NCBI GenBank assembly: GCA_002633005.1
Contig: NMRA01000167.1
Location: forward strand, 96,402 to 159,373
From: Phoronis australis
Taxonomy: Eukaryota; Animalia; Phoronida
Reading direction: 5' to 3'
DNA length: 62,972 nt
Shown: piece after piece, positions 14,701 to 26,200 of the stretch
How the letters are laid out: every line of letters begins with the position of its first letter
Position numbering within the stretch: position 1 is the first letter of the stretch
The notes under the pieces: model-generated
What the model was told of the DNA's origin: nothing
The model's input: only the letters and a program-made list of their open reading frames with translations
The model's database searches: none
Translations under genes and position numbers: made by a program

Positions 14701-17700
14701 CTTCCTCAAAATAAACTTAAGTTTGGAGTAAAGCGTGTGGCTTATTTTCACACGACTTTGGTGTTGCGTCCATCATTGCAGTTTCGCTTGCATTAAGTTA
14801 ACTTTCAACTTCACTCCAGCAGAACCAGAGGATGTTAGCAAAATTTGAAAAGCAGACGTGTTACTAAACGTACATAAACACAGGCAACGGCACAGTTCGC
14901 ATACCTTAGTGTTCACCTGATACACCATATAGGCACTCATACCATCACCCTTCTTGGTAGGGTTACCCACACTGATATCCATATCAAACTTATCTCCACT
15001 CTCTTCTTCATCAACCTATAGGAAAGGCAGTAGAGCATTATTCTATCATAACTGTAACATGTTTGGTGGAAACACACCAGACAAGCTGTACAACAGATTG
15101 TAGCTTGAAGCCGCAGAAACCATGTTTTGGTGTTAAAAATAACAACTTTCTTCACCGGCGTTTTCGTTCTTCCAACAAAATGTCATTAGCTGCGTTTTCA
15201 TGCTTTGAATTAAAATTGGTGACAGTAAATTGCCTAGAATTCCCGACAGACACACTGCTTTTCATTGGCAATTGAAACCAACCCGCCGTGACAATCAACT
15301 TAATGAGCGTGGACTGAAGCAAAAAGGACTTGTCAGTTCATTAAAAGCCTAGAAATCATTTGTTAGCTGAGTAAGGAGCAAGACAAGACAAACATAACAG
15401 CATGTGGCCCAAATCAAAAGTTGATTTTACGTAGAAGGCACTGGGGCTTATTGTACCTTTAAAACATGCATAGCTAGAAAACACAATGACGTGACTGTAC
15501 TCATGATTGGCGGTACATTTCTCAACTGCTTTTCTCATCCACTCAGAAGGAGTGCTAACCATCACTGCTTTATGACTGCACAAGTAAATGGCTTAATTAG
15601 ATTTTCATTAATTTTTAGCCAGCTAAACAGATGAAGTACAGCTTTAAGAGAGTGAAACGAAAAGACAGTACATCTGGCCTACAAAGAAGTTCAGCTGCCG
15701 CATGCTTCCAACGTTCGTTGGCATTCACAAATCCGACACATCTGGTTCCTTAGTTGTGGAGGACACTGCTGCCAGACACCCAGTTTAATAACGCCAACGG
15801 CAGTCGTCGATAACACATCATAAACTGATAATGACATTAATTGAACTTGAATCATACCTTAACCTTCCAACAACCAACGAAGACAAAATACAAAGTAACA
15901 AAGTCATGGTCTGCTGCACTAACATACCCCATACCGGGAATTTAGACCTACGCTTCAACATTTCTACAGTTTGCGTGGCACCTTACAACGAACCGTGTCA
16001 GTGAGTAACAACAAAATGATGCTTTACGAGAAACATGTGATCATTTCATTTCAGCACATTTTAGGTTTGCTTACAAAAGTAAATTACTACAAATATTGGT
16101 AATTACAAGCGCATGTCACAACCAGATTTTTCATTAATAGGCCCGTTTCTCTAAGAATAACCCACATTTATATTTGGGTTACAAAAACGACAAGATGAAC
16201 ATACGACTTCGCACATCGAGACAACAGATAGAAAAGGTAAAACACAAAAAGCACCTCAATATCTGGCAACTTTGGCTCCCTAAACAAGCCAAGTATTATT
16301 AAAGGCGTAGTCCCCAACTCTCCCCCCACTTCATTAAATGTCTGTGATAACAAAGCTCGAGACAGGATCAAAACGTTTTTCATTGACTCATTGACGTGAT
16401 TACAGGATGCAAATTTAGGTGTAAGCAGCAGACACTGTTTCTAGGAAAATGTAGTGACCCCTAAAATCCACTACCCAAAACAGTAATGTAATTGAGAGAT
16501 TTAATCAGTTTAGGTATGTAATCTGCTTGAATGAATACAACTGCTGAGACTATTGGCCTACCAAGCACATAAGCTCAAAACGTTTGCTTGAGCGGGGGTC
16601 TGGGAATGATGTCACATAGCGAATCTATTTATAGAACATGTAACTGGTCAGCAGCCACAAACTGGCCCAGATGCCTTGAACTTTATCTTCCACGTTTGCT
16701 ACGTTTAAAATCATAAATTTTCTGAGTGATCATCTTGGGACTACACCTTTAAAGAAAACACGAGATGAATAGGAACAATCCGAGAACCCCAAGTGGAAGT
16801 GATTCTGTCAGTTCACTTAGTGCACCCAATCCAGTGTTTGTATCTCTGTGTCAGACAATCACCACCAGGTGTCCCCAGCAACATGTAGCCCAAGCCAGTA
16901 AGAAAGATTAAAACTATGTTTGCCCATGCACTCACCAATGCAGACACTCTCAGCAGCATGTCACTGATCTGACAAACAAAAGTGCATTCAACATTGTTGC
17001 CTAACCGCGCAATGGAAAATAATTAAGCTTGGAAGTGAATATTGAAACTGCATATCGCCCTGTTAAGCCGTGACTTAAAAGATATTTTGAGTTGTTAAAT
17101 GGAGAGCCAAAACTAACAGCTGATCTTTGACATAGAGGAAATGGCCAATGTTGTGTCACACGACTGACCCATTTTTGAATGGAATCCATGTGTGGCATTT
17201 GTGAATTTACAGGTTGACCAACTCCAACACAAGAGTGATGCAAAGCATTGATATGTTCAGATAAAAGGGACGATGACTACTAAAACATTCCCACTAAGGG
17301 AGTAATACTTGGTAGATACCAAAGCAAAGGCAAAGAAAAATGAAATTGGCACTAGGGGACTCTACAGAAGTCCCATTTGTTCCCAAATCCATGTCAGTTG
17401 TCACTAATTTGAAGCACATACCAAATTTCACGAAGATCCATCAATGAAATCAAGGAACTTGGCAGATATTTATCCACAGACAAAAAACGCCATTAAGGAC
17501 ACCACAGTAACCAGACAAGTACAAAAATAATCGTCGGCCATGTTCTACACATCAGGTACACAAGGGTCAATTTTCATATTATTCCTTGGGGTGGTTTGGC
17601 TGATTAAGCGGTTGAAGAAAAAAAAAAAAGACTTGAAAACAATGAAAATTGCCACTATGTGACATATAATACTTCAAATCCATTCAAAAATGGGAAGGTG

Positions 17701-20700
17701 TCATCGTCTACTAATTTAAAAACCTAGTTTGCCACATTTCCTGAAAATCTGTTTAAAAACCCTGAAGGTACTAACTTAAGGAAAACAAAATATTATCATT
17801 ACATGTCCGATTTGTATGCAAATTCTCTCGTGCCATCCTAACTGTGATATGAGCATGTCTACAAAATTTCCAGAACATCCGTCCAGCTGACTGGATGGAC
17901 GGGTATGATGGCATGAAGCGCCCACGTATGTCGGCACACAAACATATATGCTGTATCGTTCTTGGTACCAGAAAAGAAGTTTTTAAGCTGGCTAAACAGG
18001 GAGAAATGCAGCTTGATCTCAGTGGACGAGCACAACTGTCCTGCAAACAACAGACACCAACAAAGAAAATGTCAGTGCATAAAAACCCAAAATAAACACG
18101 TGCCATTAATGTGATGGTGCGCATGCTTTTGGAGGCTCACAGATCTGAGACGCCAAACTGGGATGAAACATGATGAAAGTTCCAAACAAGACACACTACA
18201 ACTTTTGAAAATTAGAAGCGCCAAATGTCCTCATTAAAGACCTCAAATTATTTCTTCGGACTAAAGTCTCAAATTCAAAACAAGACTCATCACTGAAAAA
18301 CATGTTAAAGTAATTCCTTACATTTTTCGCCCAAGAATATTACCAAAATTTTCATTTTTATATTTTTTAAAAGAATAATTGCCCTTGGAGTGAAAAATGA
18401 AAAGTTTGCCAAATGTTGTGTCATGACATTAAAACAGAGCAACCGAAGCTAATAATTAATAGCTAAAAATTATTTTCATTATTTTTCAAGAAATTTGACA
18501 AAATGTTTACTTTTAAATTACTTGTCAGCCACATTGCGTGCTAATTATTTTACGAACCACCAAACATGTCCAAGGAAATGGACGCACTAGTTCTGACTCT
18601 TACAATGCCAGGAAAATCTCACTTATAACACCTGATAATCACATGTACATACCTCCTCCTTGGTTCTGGCCACAGCCCCCGATGTCTGCTTAGCACCCTC
18701 GCTTTCGATATTCACCTCGGGTTCAAGAGTGGGCGAGGTTGCAGGTTCACTTTTTGATCCTGCAGGTTCAGGCACAGCTGTTGCCTCGGGTTCCAGAATA
18801 CTAGAGGGCGCCACTGGCTCAGGTTCCTTTTTGGGCGTATCTTCTGGAGAGTCTAAAGGAACCTCTTCTGTTGTGTCTACAAGTTAAAAGAGATGGAGTC
18901 CGCCATGTGCAAATTCAATAAAAGCCAAGTATAAACCATTTTTCTGGGCTTCTGATTACAAGAGGGCACCACTGGCTGAGGTTCCTTTTTGGAAGTAGCT
19001 TCTGGAAGAGTCTAACGGAACTTCCTCTGTTGTGTCTGTGAGAAGAGGTGGAGTCAATTAAACCCAAGTATAAACCTAAGGTATTAGCTTGAACTTGTTT
19101 ATGAATTCTATCCCATAATTCAACATTCCAACCTCACTGACCTATCACTTCAGTGGCTGCCATTTTGCTAGGTTTCACAATTGCTGTCTCGAGCATACGC
19201 GCGAAACGCTCGGCTTTCACTTGCACAGTTTTGTGTGATCTCATTTTCCTTGCAAGAAACTTGATGTACAGAACGCTACAATATCGACTTTCTTCACGGG
19301 CGTTTTTGCTCTACTTCCAAAGGAATGACATCAACCCATTCTTATCCTTTCTTACAACTGAGATTAGTTACAGTAACATTCCTGGAATTGTCACAACAGT
19401 CTACTGACTTGACAACTGGATCTGCCTTGACAAACAACTTAATATGCCCGATCCGAAGCTGCACTCATCTGTTCTGAATAAGGAACACTGATACTATAAA
19501 ATAAGTGAGATAAATGAATACTAGATTGTTGACAGAAGTCATACTAAGTTTATTGCCACTTTAAAGTGGAACTTGCACGCTAATTTCTTATTTCTGTGAT
19601 TGCTTGATCAAATTAGATAGAAACACAACACATAGTGACGATGTGAATAATGAAGAAAGTTGAAAATTGCCAAAATTTTTAAGAAGGAGTTTTATGTTGA
19701 AAATGATCCGCCGCAAATCACTCAACAGAGTCTAGTAAGTAGCATGACGTGATTTTATGGAATAAAACTGCATCATGCAGGCTATGTGAGCCCCCCCAAA
19801 GAACGTCATTACTGCAAAGGTCAACTATTTGCAGAATTTTTTGTTTTCACATTTACAAGTTGTCAATAAATACAAACTCTGAACTTTACTGAATAATTTC
19901 AAGCACCATACCAGCAAATAAATCATCGTCATCTTCTTCCTTAGAAGCTGCAGTCGACTCTATGGTATCCTCTTCAGGTTTGGGTTTTGGAGGCTGCGGG
20001 AGACGACAAAGAAGAGTGATTATGCCTTTTTGGACACAGTAATTTCTCTGCAGAGAATGACACGAGATGTCTAGATTTCCATTCTGTTCCATAACTTCCT
20101 GGGCTATGGTAATTCTCCACTTATTTCGCACGAAAATAATTCCCAAAATTATCATTTTCCATTTTTCAAATGCTGATTACTTTGAAAATAATGGAAAATT
20201 TACCAAAAGTTGTTTTTATGAGATCAAACTCAGTACAAATAATATTGGCAGTAGTCTAAAATTTGGGGAGGAATATAACAAAAAAGAAATTAATTTTTCG
20301 GACATATTGCATGCTAAATAAGTGGAAAATTACCATAGCATTACTCAATAAAAGGGCTTTGTTTGATGATGTCGACATTTCTACAATGTAAGATTTCCGC
20401 AGAACGGCGAGACACCGCATGTGTATACCAGTCAAACCTCACACAACATCCACAGAGCAAACTACTAAATGCTAACGTTGCAGGCAGAAAGTTGGTATTA
20501 CAGTTAACATTTTTCAACTTGGGACACTAAAATTGTCATATTTCTATTTTTCAGAGGTTACCACATTGTTGCAAAGGCTAAAAATGTAACCAAATGTTGT
20601 CACAGAAACCATGCTAAAAACAAAAACAGTTTTTCTGAAGAGTTACTTTTGTTGAGAAGTTAGACAAAATGAAATTTTACCTGTTCACCATAGTGTGTTC

Positions 20701-22953
20701 CAAACTGAAGAATTTTTACCGCAACCCTAATACTTTGAGCAATGAGAGATAATTGAAATTTTCTAAATAATGTTCAGCAAACCCAAAATTGATTGAGTTT
20801 CGACTGGGGAGGTTTTTTATGCAATGAAGACAGGCGTCATGTCTTACTTGTGCCTTCCCATTGGCTACGCAAGTGCCAGTCACCGTGTAGTTTGCCAGAG
20901 AATTTAGAGAATTTAGAAGTGGTGCAGGAATGGGCAGGGCAGGGGAGTGGTGCACTTGCTCCGAGGCTTCAGAGGAAGGGTGCGAGAAATAGGTGATGGT
21001 TGTGGGATGGCGGATGTGGCGAAGTAAGAGGCAACTGGGGTAATGTGTAGCCACCATGTAATGGCGAACGGAGGAGGGCGGGGGGGGGGGGGNNNNNNNN
21101 NNNNNNNNNNNNNNNNNNNNNNNNNNNNNNNNNNNNNNNNNNNNNNNNNNNNNNNNNNNNNNNNNNNNNNNNNNNNNNNNNNNNNNNNNNNNNNNNNNNN
21201 NNNNNNNNNNNNNNNNNNNNNNNNNNNNNNNNNNNNNNNNNNNNNNNNNNNNNNNNNNNNNNNNNNNNNNNNNNNNNNNNNNNNNNNNNNNNNNNNNNNN
21301 NNNNNNNNNNNNNNNNNNNNNNNNNNNNNNNNNNNNNNNNNNNNNNNNNNNNNNNNNNNNNNNNNNNNNNNNNNNNNNNNNNNNNNNNNNNNNNNNNNNN
21401 NNNNNNNNNNNNNNNNNNNNNNNNNNNNNNNNNNNNNNNNNNNNNNNNNNNNNNNNNNNNNNNNNNNNAATGCTCACTACAGAAGACTGTTTTTTAAACT
21501 TAGATGTAGAATTCTTAGTCTATGCATTTTTTGTGAAAAAATTTGTGTGTTTGGGGGGATTGCTGGGGATGGGGGGTTACGCGTCGGAATTATGGACGCC
21601 CTGGAATATTGGGAACCTCATTTTGGACACCCTATTTTCGAAATCCTGGATGAAGGCCTGGGGGGGGGGGTCAGGTACGACTGGGGTCAAATCATCATAC
21701 TCTGCCCCTAGTGAAAACAATCAATACCCCAATCATACAAATTCTAACTTTTTCTAAGCTGTCATTTTTTCCGACACCAAAAGGTACCTATGCTTTGAGA
21801 TTGTGCGTAGATGGAAAGAGAATGATTAAACCCAGTAATTAATTTAATTATATGATATGCACTATTCACTAATTAAAACAAGTGAAACCTAAATTTGTTG
21901 ATTAAGTAATATACAGAGGAACACCTAAACAGGCTTTTGTTCAGTTGCCCAAAATTGGCCATTTTTACGCTGCGCGCACACCTATGTTTACCACGTCTGT
22001 CAGGTAGGGGCGCAGTGTTAAAAATGGCCAGTTGCTGATTTGGGCAACTGAACAAAGCATTGCTCAAAGAAAAAGTTTGATTATGGGAGTATCTGTTCGA
22101 GTTGGAAGGAGTTAAAGACATTGACGGCCTCCTAAGGTGGCCATCTATGCACAAAACGTTCTTAAAATAGTGTGACTTTGATGTTTTAATCAGTGTGAGA
22201 CATAATTCACTGTATGAAGCTCGTGTAGGTGCTAGAGACGGTGGTCATTGTCTAGTGAATCTGTTGTCCATGAGTGTTATTTATATTAAAGCCTCTCTTG
22301 ATCACTTTCTTATGGCCAATTGCTTTTTGGTAGACTGGCCAAGACACTTGGCTTTAAACTTAAATTGAGAGGCAAAGGGCTTGATTCTTGGCACTAGCAA
22401 CTAGGTGACTTTCCACAATGGCACTACGCCAAAGGTCTGTTGACGGACCAACTAGGGTAAAAGTAGCACCAACAGGTCCCTCTTGAAAATGGTTGACAAG
22501 AACCAGCTTTCACTAAATAACGGCCATGTCTGTTACTAGTCATTGAAACAGGTTCCCGGTAGCCATTTTCCGTTTACGCCACTTTTACACTAACTGGAGC
22601 CAGTAAACATACATGGTATTTGGAGTGTAGCTTTAGTACTGACCAATGATTACAGTGTGACATGCAACATGTGATAATGACAACCAACAGTACACGCAAT
22701 CATTTTTTTTGTAAATAGACACGTCAATTCGAATGAGGAAGCGTCAGACAGTTGCAGGGTACACCGGTGCACCTTTGAGTTCGGCGGATAGAAATCACAG
22801 TCAAAACCAATACTATTTTTAGGGAAATTTTTTGTCAGAACTTATAGAAATACACACCTCTACTGTACTTGCAAAAATATCATCGTCATCCTGAATATTG
22901 GTGGCTTTATCTTCGTCTTCAAAAAGTGGGGGAGGTTCTCTTTCGTCGGCCAT
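2653..22953 (-). CDS. SNX2: Sorting nexin 1/2 (PX-BAR retromer-associated SNX), spliced, 3'-truncated by the window edge
   Basis: Ten GT-AG exons with consistent phases: 22953-22858, 19993-19912, 18876-18653, 15015-14905, 14150-14009, 13051-12973, 12081-11889, 6229-6136, 4409-4204, 2796-2653. Translation: [13 protein letters not shown] start, PX domain ([58 protein letters not shown]), amphipathic [13 protein letters not shown] domain ([41 protein letters not shown]). Probably the single invertebrate SNX1/SNX2 co-orthologue. Confidence 0.95.
3871..4161. mobile_element. MITE-like element with long imperfect terminal inverted repeats
   Basis: ttaagacaggaatctggtcttacgct on the left vs agcggaagaccaaatttctgtcttaa on the right, plus tttcataaaa/tttcacgaaa outer arms. 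Confidence 0.6.
4204..4409 (-). CDS. SNX2: SNX1/2 exon 9 (BAR domain)
   Basis: [69 protein letters not shown]. Confidence 0.95.
6136..6229 (-). CDS. SNX2: SNX1/2 exon 8 (BAR domain)
   Basis: [31 protein letters not shown]. Confidence 0.93.
11889..12081 (-). CDS. SNX2: SNX1/2 exon 7
   Basis: [22 protein letters not shown]...[29 protein letters not shown]. Confidence 0.95.
12973..13051 (-). CDS. SNX2: SNX1/2 exon 6 (PX domain)
   Basis: [26 protein letters not shown]; phase 1 to 2. Confidence 0.93.
14009..14150 (-). CDS. SNX2: SNX1/2 exon 5 (PX domain)
   Basis: [47 protein letters not shown]. Confidence 0.95.
14905..15015 (-). CDS. SNX2: SNX1/2 exon 4 (PX domain start)
   Basis: [41 protein letters not shown] bounded. 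Confidence 0.93.
18653..18876 (-). CDS. SNX2: SNX1/2 exon 3 (low-complexity Pro/Glu-rich linker)
   Basis: tag|[31 protein letters not shown]...VARTKEE|gtatgt; phase 1 to 0. Confidence 0.8.
19912..19993 (-). CDS. SNX2: SNX1/2 exon 2 (acidic N-terminal region)
   Basis: cag|[27 protein letters not shown]|gtatgg; phase 0 to 1; acidic DLF motif typical of SNX1/2 N-termini. Confidence 0.85.
20120..20335. repeat. Second dispersed repeat family (other copies at ~28440-28670, ~38370-38575)
   Basis: Shared attttccatttttcaaa...aataatggaaa...aaagttgttttatga...gtacaaa...tgctaaa blocks. Confidence 0.65.
21093..21468. other. Assembly gap (N run)
   Basis: Ns preceded by poly-G. Confidence 1.
22858..22953 (-). 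CDS. SNX2: SNX1/2 coding exon 1
   Basis: ATG at 22953, [32 protein letters not shown], then GT donor. Confidence 0.9.
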
Positions 22954-23178
22954 CTTGGACATGTCACGTGACCAAAAGTTTTACGACATTGAGGTAATTT
23001 TAATTAAAAATATACAGTCTTTTTGCTGTTTGCATTATTTTTGCATTGCATTGCCAACGTGTTACCCAAATGTGCGGCTGTGTGTTATATTTATCGCCAA
23101 AATACGTTTAACAAAACTTGAAATTTACTTGCGGTAAACAAAAAGTTTCCTGTGTGTGAAGTACAAAAAGATGAAAAC
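22954..23178. promoter_or_regulatory. Shared divergent (bidirectional) promoter/5'UTR region of SNX1/2 and ULK3, with palindromic GTCACGTGAC E-box at 22963-22972
   Basis: Only 225 bp separate the two divergent start codons (22953 minus, 23179 plus); perfect GTCACGTGAC palindrome. TSSs cannot be seen from sequence. Confidence 0.7.
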
Positions 23179-23280
23179 ATGTCTGCACCCACTTTGGGAC
23201 TTCCTCGATTAAAAGATTTTATTTTTACTGAAAAACTTGGAAGTGGAACGTATGCAACTGTCTTCAAAGCATACAAAAAG
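23179..23280 (+). CDS. ULK3: ULK3 exon 1
   Basis: [34 protein letters not shown]|gt. Confidence 0.92.
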
Positions 23281-26200
23281 GTACAAAACTGTATAGGAAA
23301 TTTCGTGATTTTGTAGGAAAACGCTCGCCAACGTGGCAATGTAGGAGTGAATAATATTTTGGACTGTTTTTAACTTTCACTTTTCAGAAAAATTTTACGG
23401 GAATTTCCGAAAATGGACCCTCTCAAATGTACGCCCATGGGCGTATTTTCGGAAATTGTTCGCATGTTTTCAAAATCTGATGAATTTTCATGAACTACGT
23501 GCTATGCCTTGTCTTGTCTTGTCTTATACATCCCAGAGGCGTCCTCACTCAGCTTCTGATCGTCCCCAATACACTATTCACCTCTTTCACGAACGCGGGG
23601 CACTGCTGTCGTGTTGATCGAAAATGAGGCGCCTTGACAAACATGGCATCGTCCTGCAAGGTGGTGTAGTCAAAAGACTTATCAACGTTACCAAAAAATC
23701 AAGTTGTCTGATGTTGAATCGATCTCCAAAAACATACCAATACGCACGGCAACTAGACTTTTACCCTCCTCAGCCATTCCTCCGTAGTTTTCCCTCTTTT
23801 GAAAAAGTGTGGAAGTCAGGGATATACCCAGGCTTTTAGTCTTGAAAAACCCTGCTCGCCAGCTGGGCGAGTGCCGGAGCCAGAAAATCTACTCGCCAAG
23901 CCCGAAGTTCGGTCACCCGGCCGTTGGCGCCAGTCACCACAAACTTGCTGCTAATTTAAATAAAAATCATCGTTTCGTGCACTGATGTCACCATCTATTA
24001 GGGCTACCGTATTCGCTCTAATAAGCGCCCAGGGGGNNNNNNNNNNNNNNNNNNNNNNNNNNNNNNNNNNNNNNNNNNNNNNNNNNNNNNNNNNNNNNNN
24101 NNNNNNNNNNNNNNNNNNNNNNNNNNNNNNNNNNNNNNNNNNNNNNNNNNNNNNNNNNNNNNNNNNNNNNNNNNNNNNNNNNNNNNNNNNNNNNNNNNNN
24201 NNNNNNNNNNNNNNNNNNNNNNNNNNNNNNNNNNNNNNNNNNNNNNNNNNNNNNNNNNNNNNNNNNNNNNNNNNNNNNNNNNNNNNNNNNNNNNNNNNNN
24301 NNNNNNNNNNNNNNNNNNNNNNNNNNNNNNNNNNNNNNNNNNNNNNNNNNNNNNNNNNNNNNNNNNNNNNNNNNNNNNNNNNNNNNNNNNNNNNNNNNNN
24401 NNNNNNNNNNNNNNNNNNNNNNNNNNNNNNNNNNNNNNNNNNNNNNNNNNNNNNNNNNNNNNNNNNNNNNNNNNNNNNNNNNNNNNNNNNNNNNNNNNNN
24501 NNNNNNNNNNNNNNNNNNNNNNNNNNNNNNNNNNNNNNNNNNNNNNNNNNNNNNNNNNNNNNNNNNNNNNNNNNNNNNNNNNNNNNNNNNNNNNNNNNNN
24601 NNNNNNNNNNNNNNNNNNNNNNNNNNNNNNNNNNNNNNNNNNNNNNNNNNNNNNNNNNNNNNNNNNNNNNNNNNNNNNNNNNNNNNNNNNNNNNNNNNNN
24701 NNNNNNNNNNNNNNNNNNNNNNNNNNNNNNNNNNNNNNNNNNNNNNNNNNNNNNNNNNNNNNNNNNNNNNNNNNNNNNNNNNGAGGAAAATTATTCATAT
24801 TCATCTGGGAAACGATATATAGTGCTTTTGCGCTCTGAAATTCGCTCGCCACCGGGCGACCGGCAAGTCAACTTCTACTCGCCCAGCACCATTTTTACTC
24901 GCATTGGCGACTGGGCGAGTGGCTAAGTATATCCCTGGGAAGGATACCGACGAGATATTACTGGAATTGGTACGTTCAGGCACTGCACAGTACACCATGG
25001 CCAGCTGATGATCACTCACGAGGTTTTATCAGTGTGCCTCGTTTTCGATCAGTATTTAAAGATGGCGCGGGAAGATGGCGCTTTCGTGAAATAGGTGAAT
25101 ATAGTCTGGATACCTATCGTCGTCAGGCTCCAGTGGTCGTCCGCCATCTTCTTTCGCGTGCAGCGCAGCCACGTGGGACTTAGCGTTCCAATCTAGAGTG
25201 GTCGTCTGTACCTTAGGTACTAACCTGTCGGGAGTAACACGCATCGAAGAACTGAGACGAAAATCGGTGCATTTATCGACTGTTTTTTGTAACCACTTTA
25301 AAATTTGTAGATTTTACTAATGTACTCTTTTGTTCATTTTCAGAAGATAGTTAATTTTTCTTCAGACGGAACAAAAAACAATACTGGGATTGTTTATGCA
25401 ATGTATCTATTTGTCCTAGCTAGCCTCTAACCGACACCTGTTAGGCCAAAGGATAAACGCAACAGACAAATGCAACATGCTGTGTGCTTAACAGTTTCGG
25501 CCAACGCCTTGATCATCAATCAGGGCTTGGAATGACCAATGGCGAAAAACGCGGAAATTTTTACGGCCCGAAGCATGCGCACAGCCAGCCTTGAAAAAGT
25601 CGGTGTCGACCTTTTGCCGACAAAAATCGAGATGACTAAAAGAAAAAAAAAAAACGGTACCACCTCCGGAAGTGTGTGTTAACTGTTATCTCGTTCGCCA
25701 CTCCCGCCTCCAAACATTTTTGGCTGCAGAGTCGTAGTATTTGTCACCGCGGTTTACAATCACAAGAGCCGCCATTGAGGATATCCACCACGCTATCCCA
25801 GATGCCCCGGCAATGTTGACAATTTATGTTCCTCCGAAACATAAAGAGCAACTTCCGCTTTTCGAGGTGAAAGTAGGCGGCAACGCGGCGGTAAGAAAGA
25901 AATTTGCCACGGAAATTTTATATCAAATCCGATTTTTTTACGCGGAAATATAATAAAATACGCGGACAGAACATTTGAAAAAAGCGGAAATCCGTGTTTC
26001 CGCGGAAAATTCCAAGCCCTGTAATATTGACCACTTGTTTTTTAGTGCAAAACACAAAACTGAGCTCAACATATGTGTTGACATTTTTGGTTAAGGCATT
26101 TTGGATTTATTTGAAGAAAATTAAAATACTTAAATTGATAGAGAATGGCCACCAATAAAGTAAAACATTGACTTTATTTCACTATATTGCATTGTTACAT

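Noticed and set aside
20716-24926. Long ORFs of 222-313 aa in the ORF track
   Set aside because: They consist mostly of N-gap codons; the same applies to ORFs 47695-48627 and 47803-48657.
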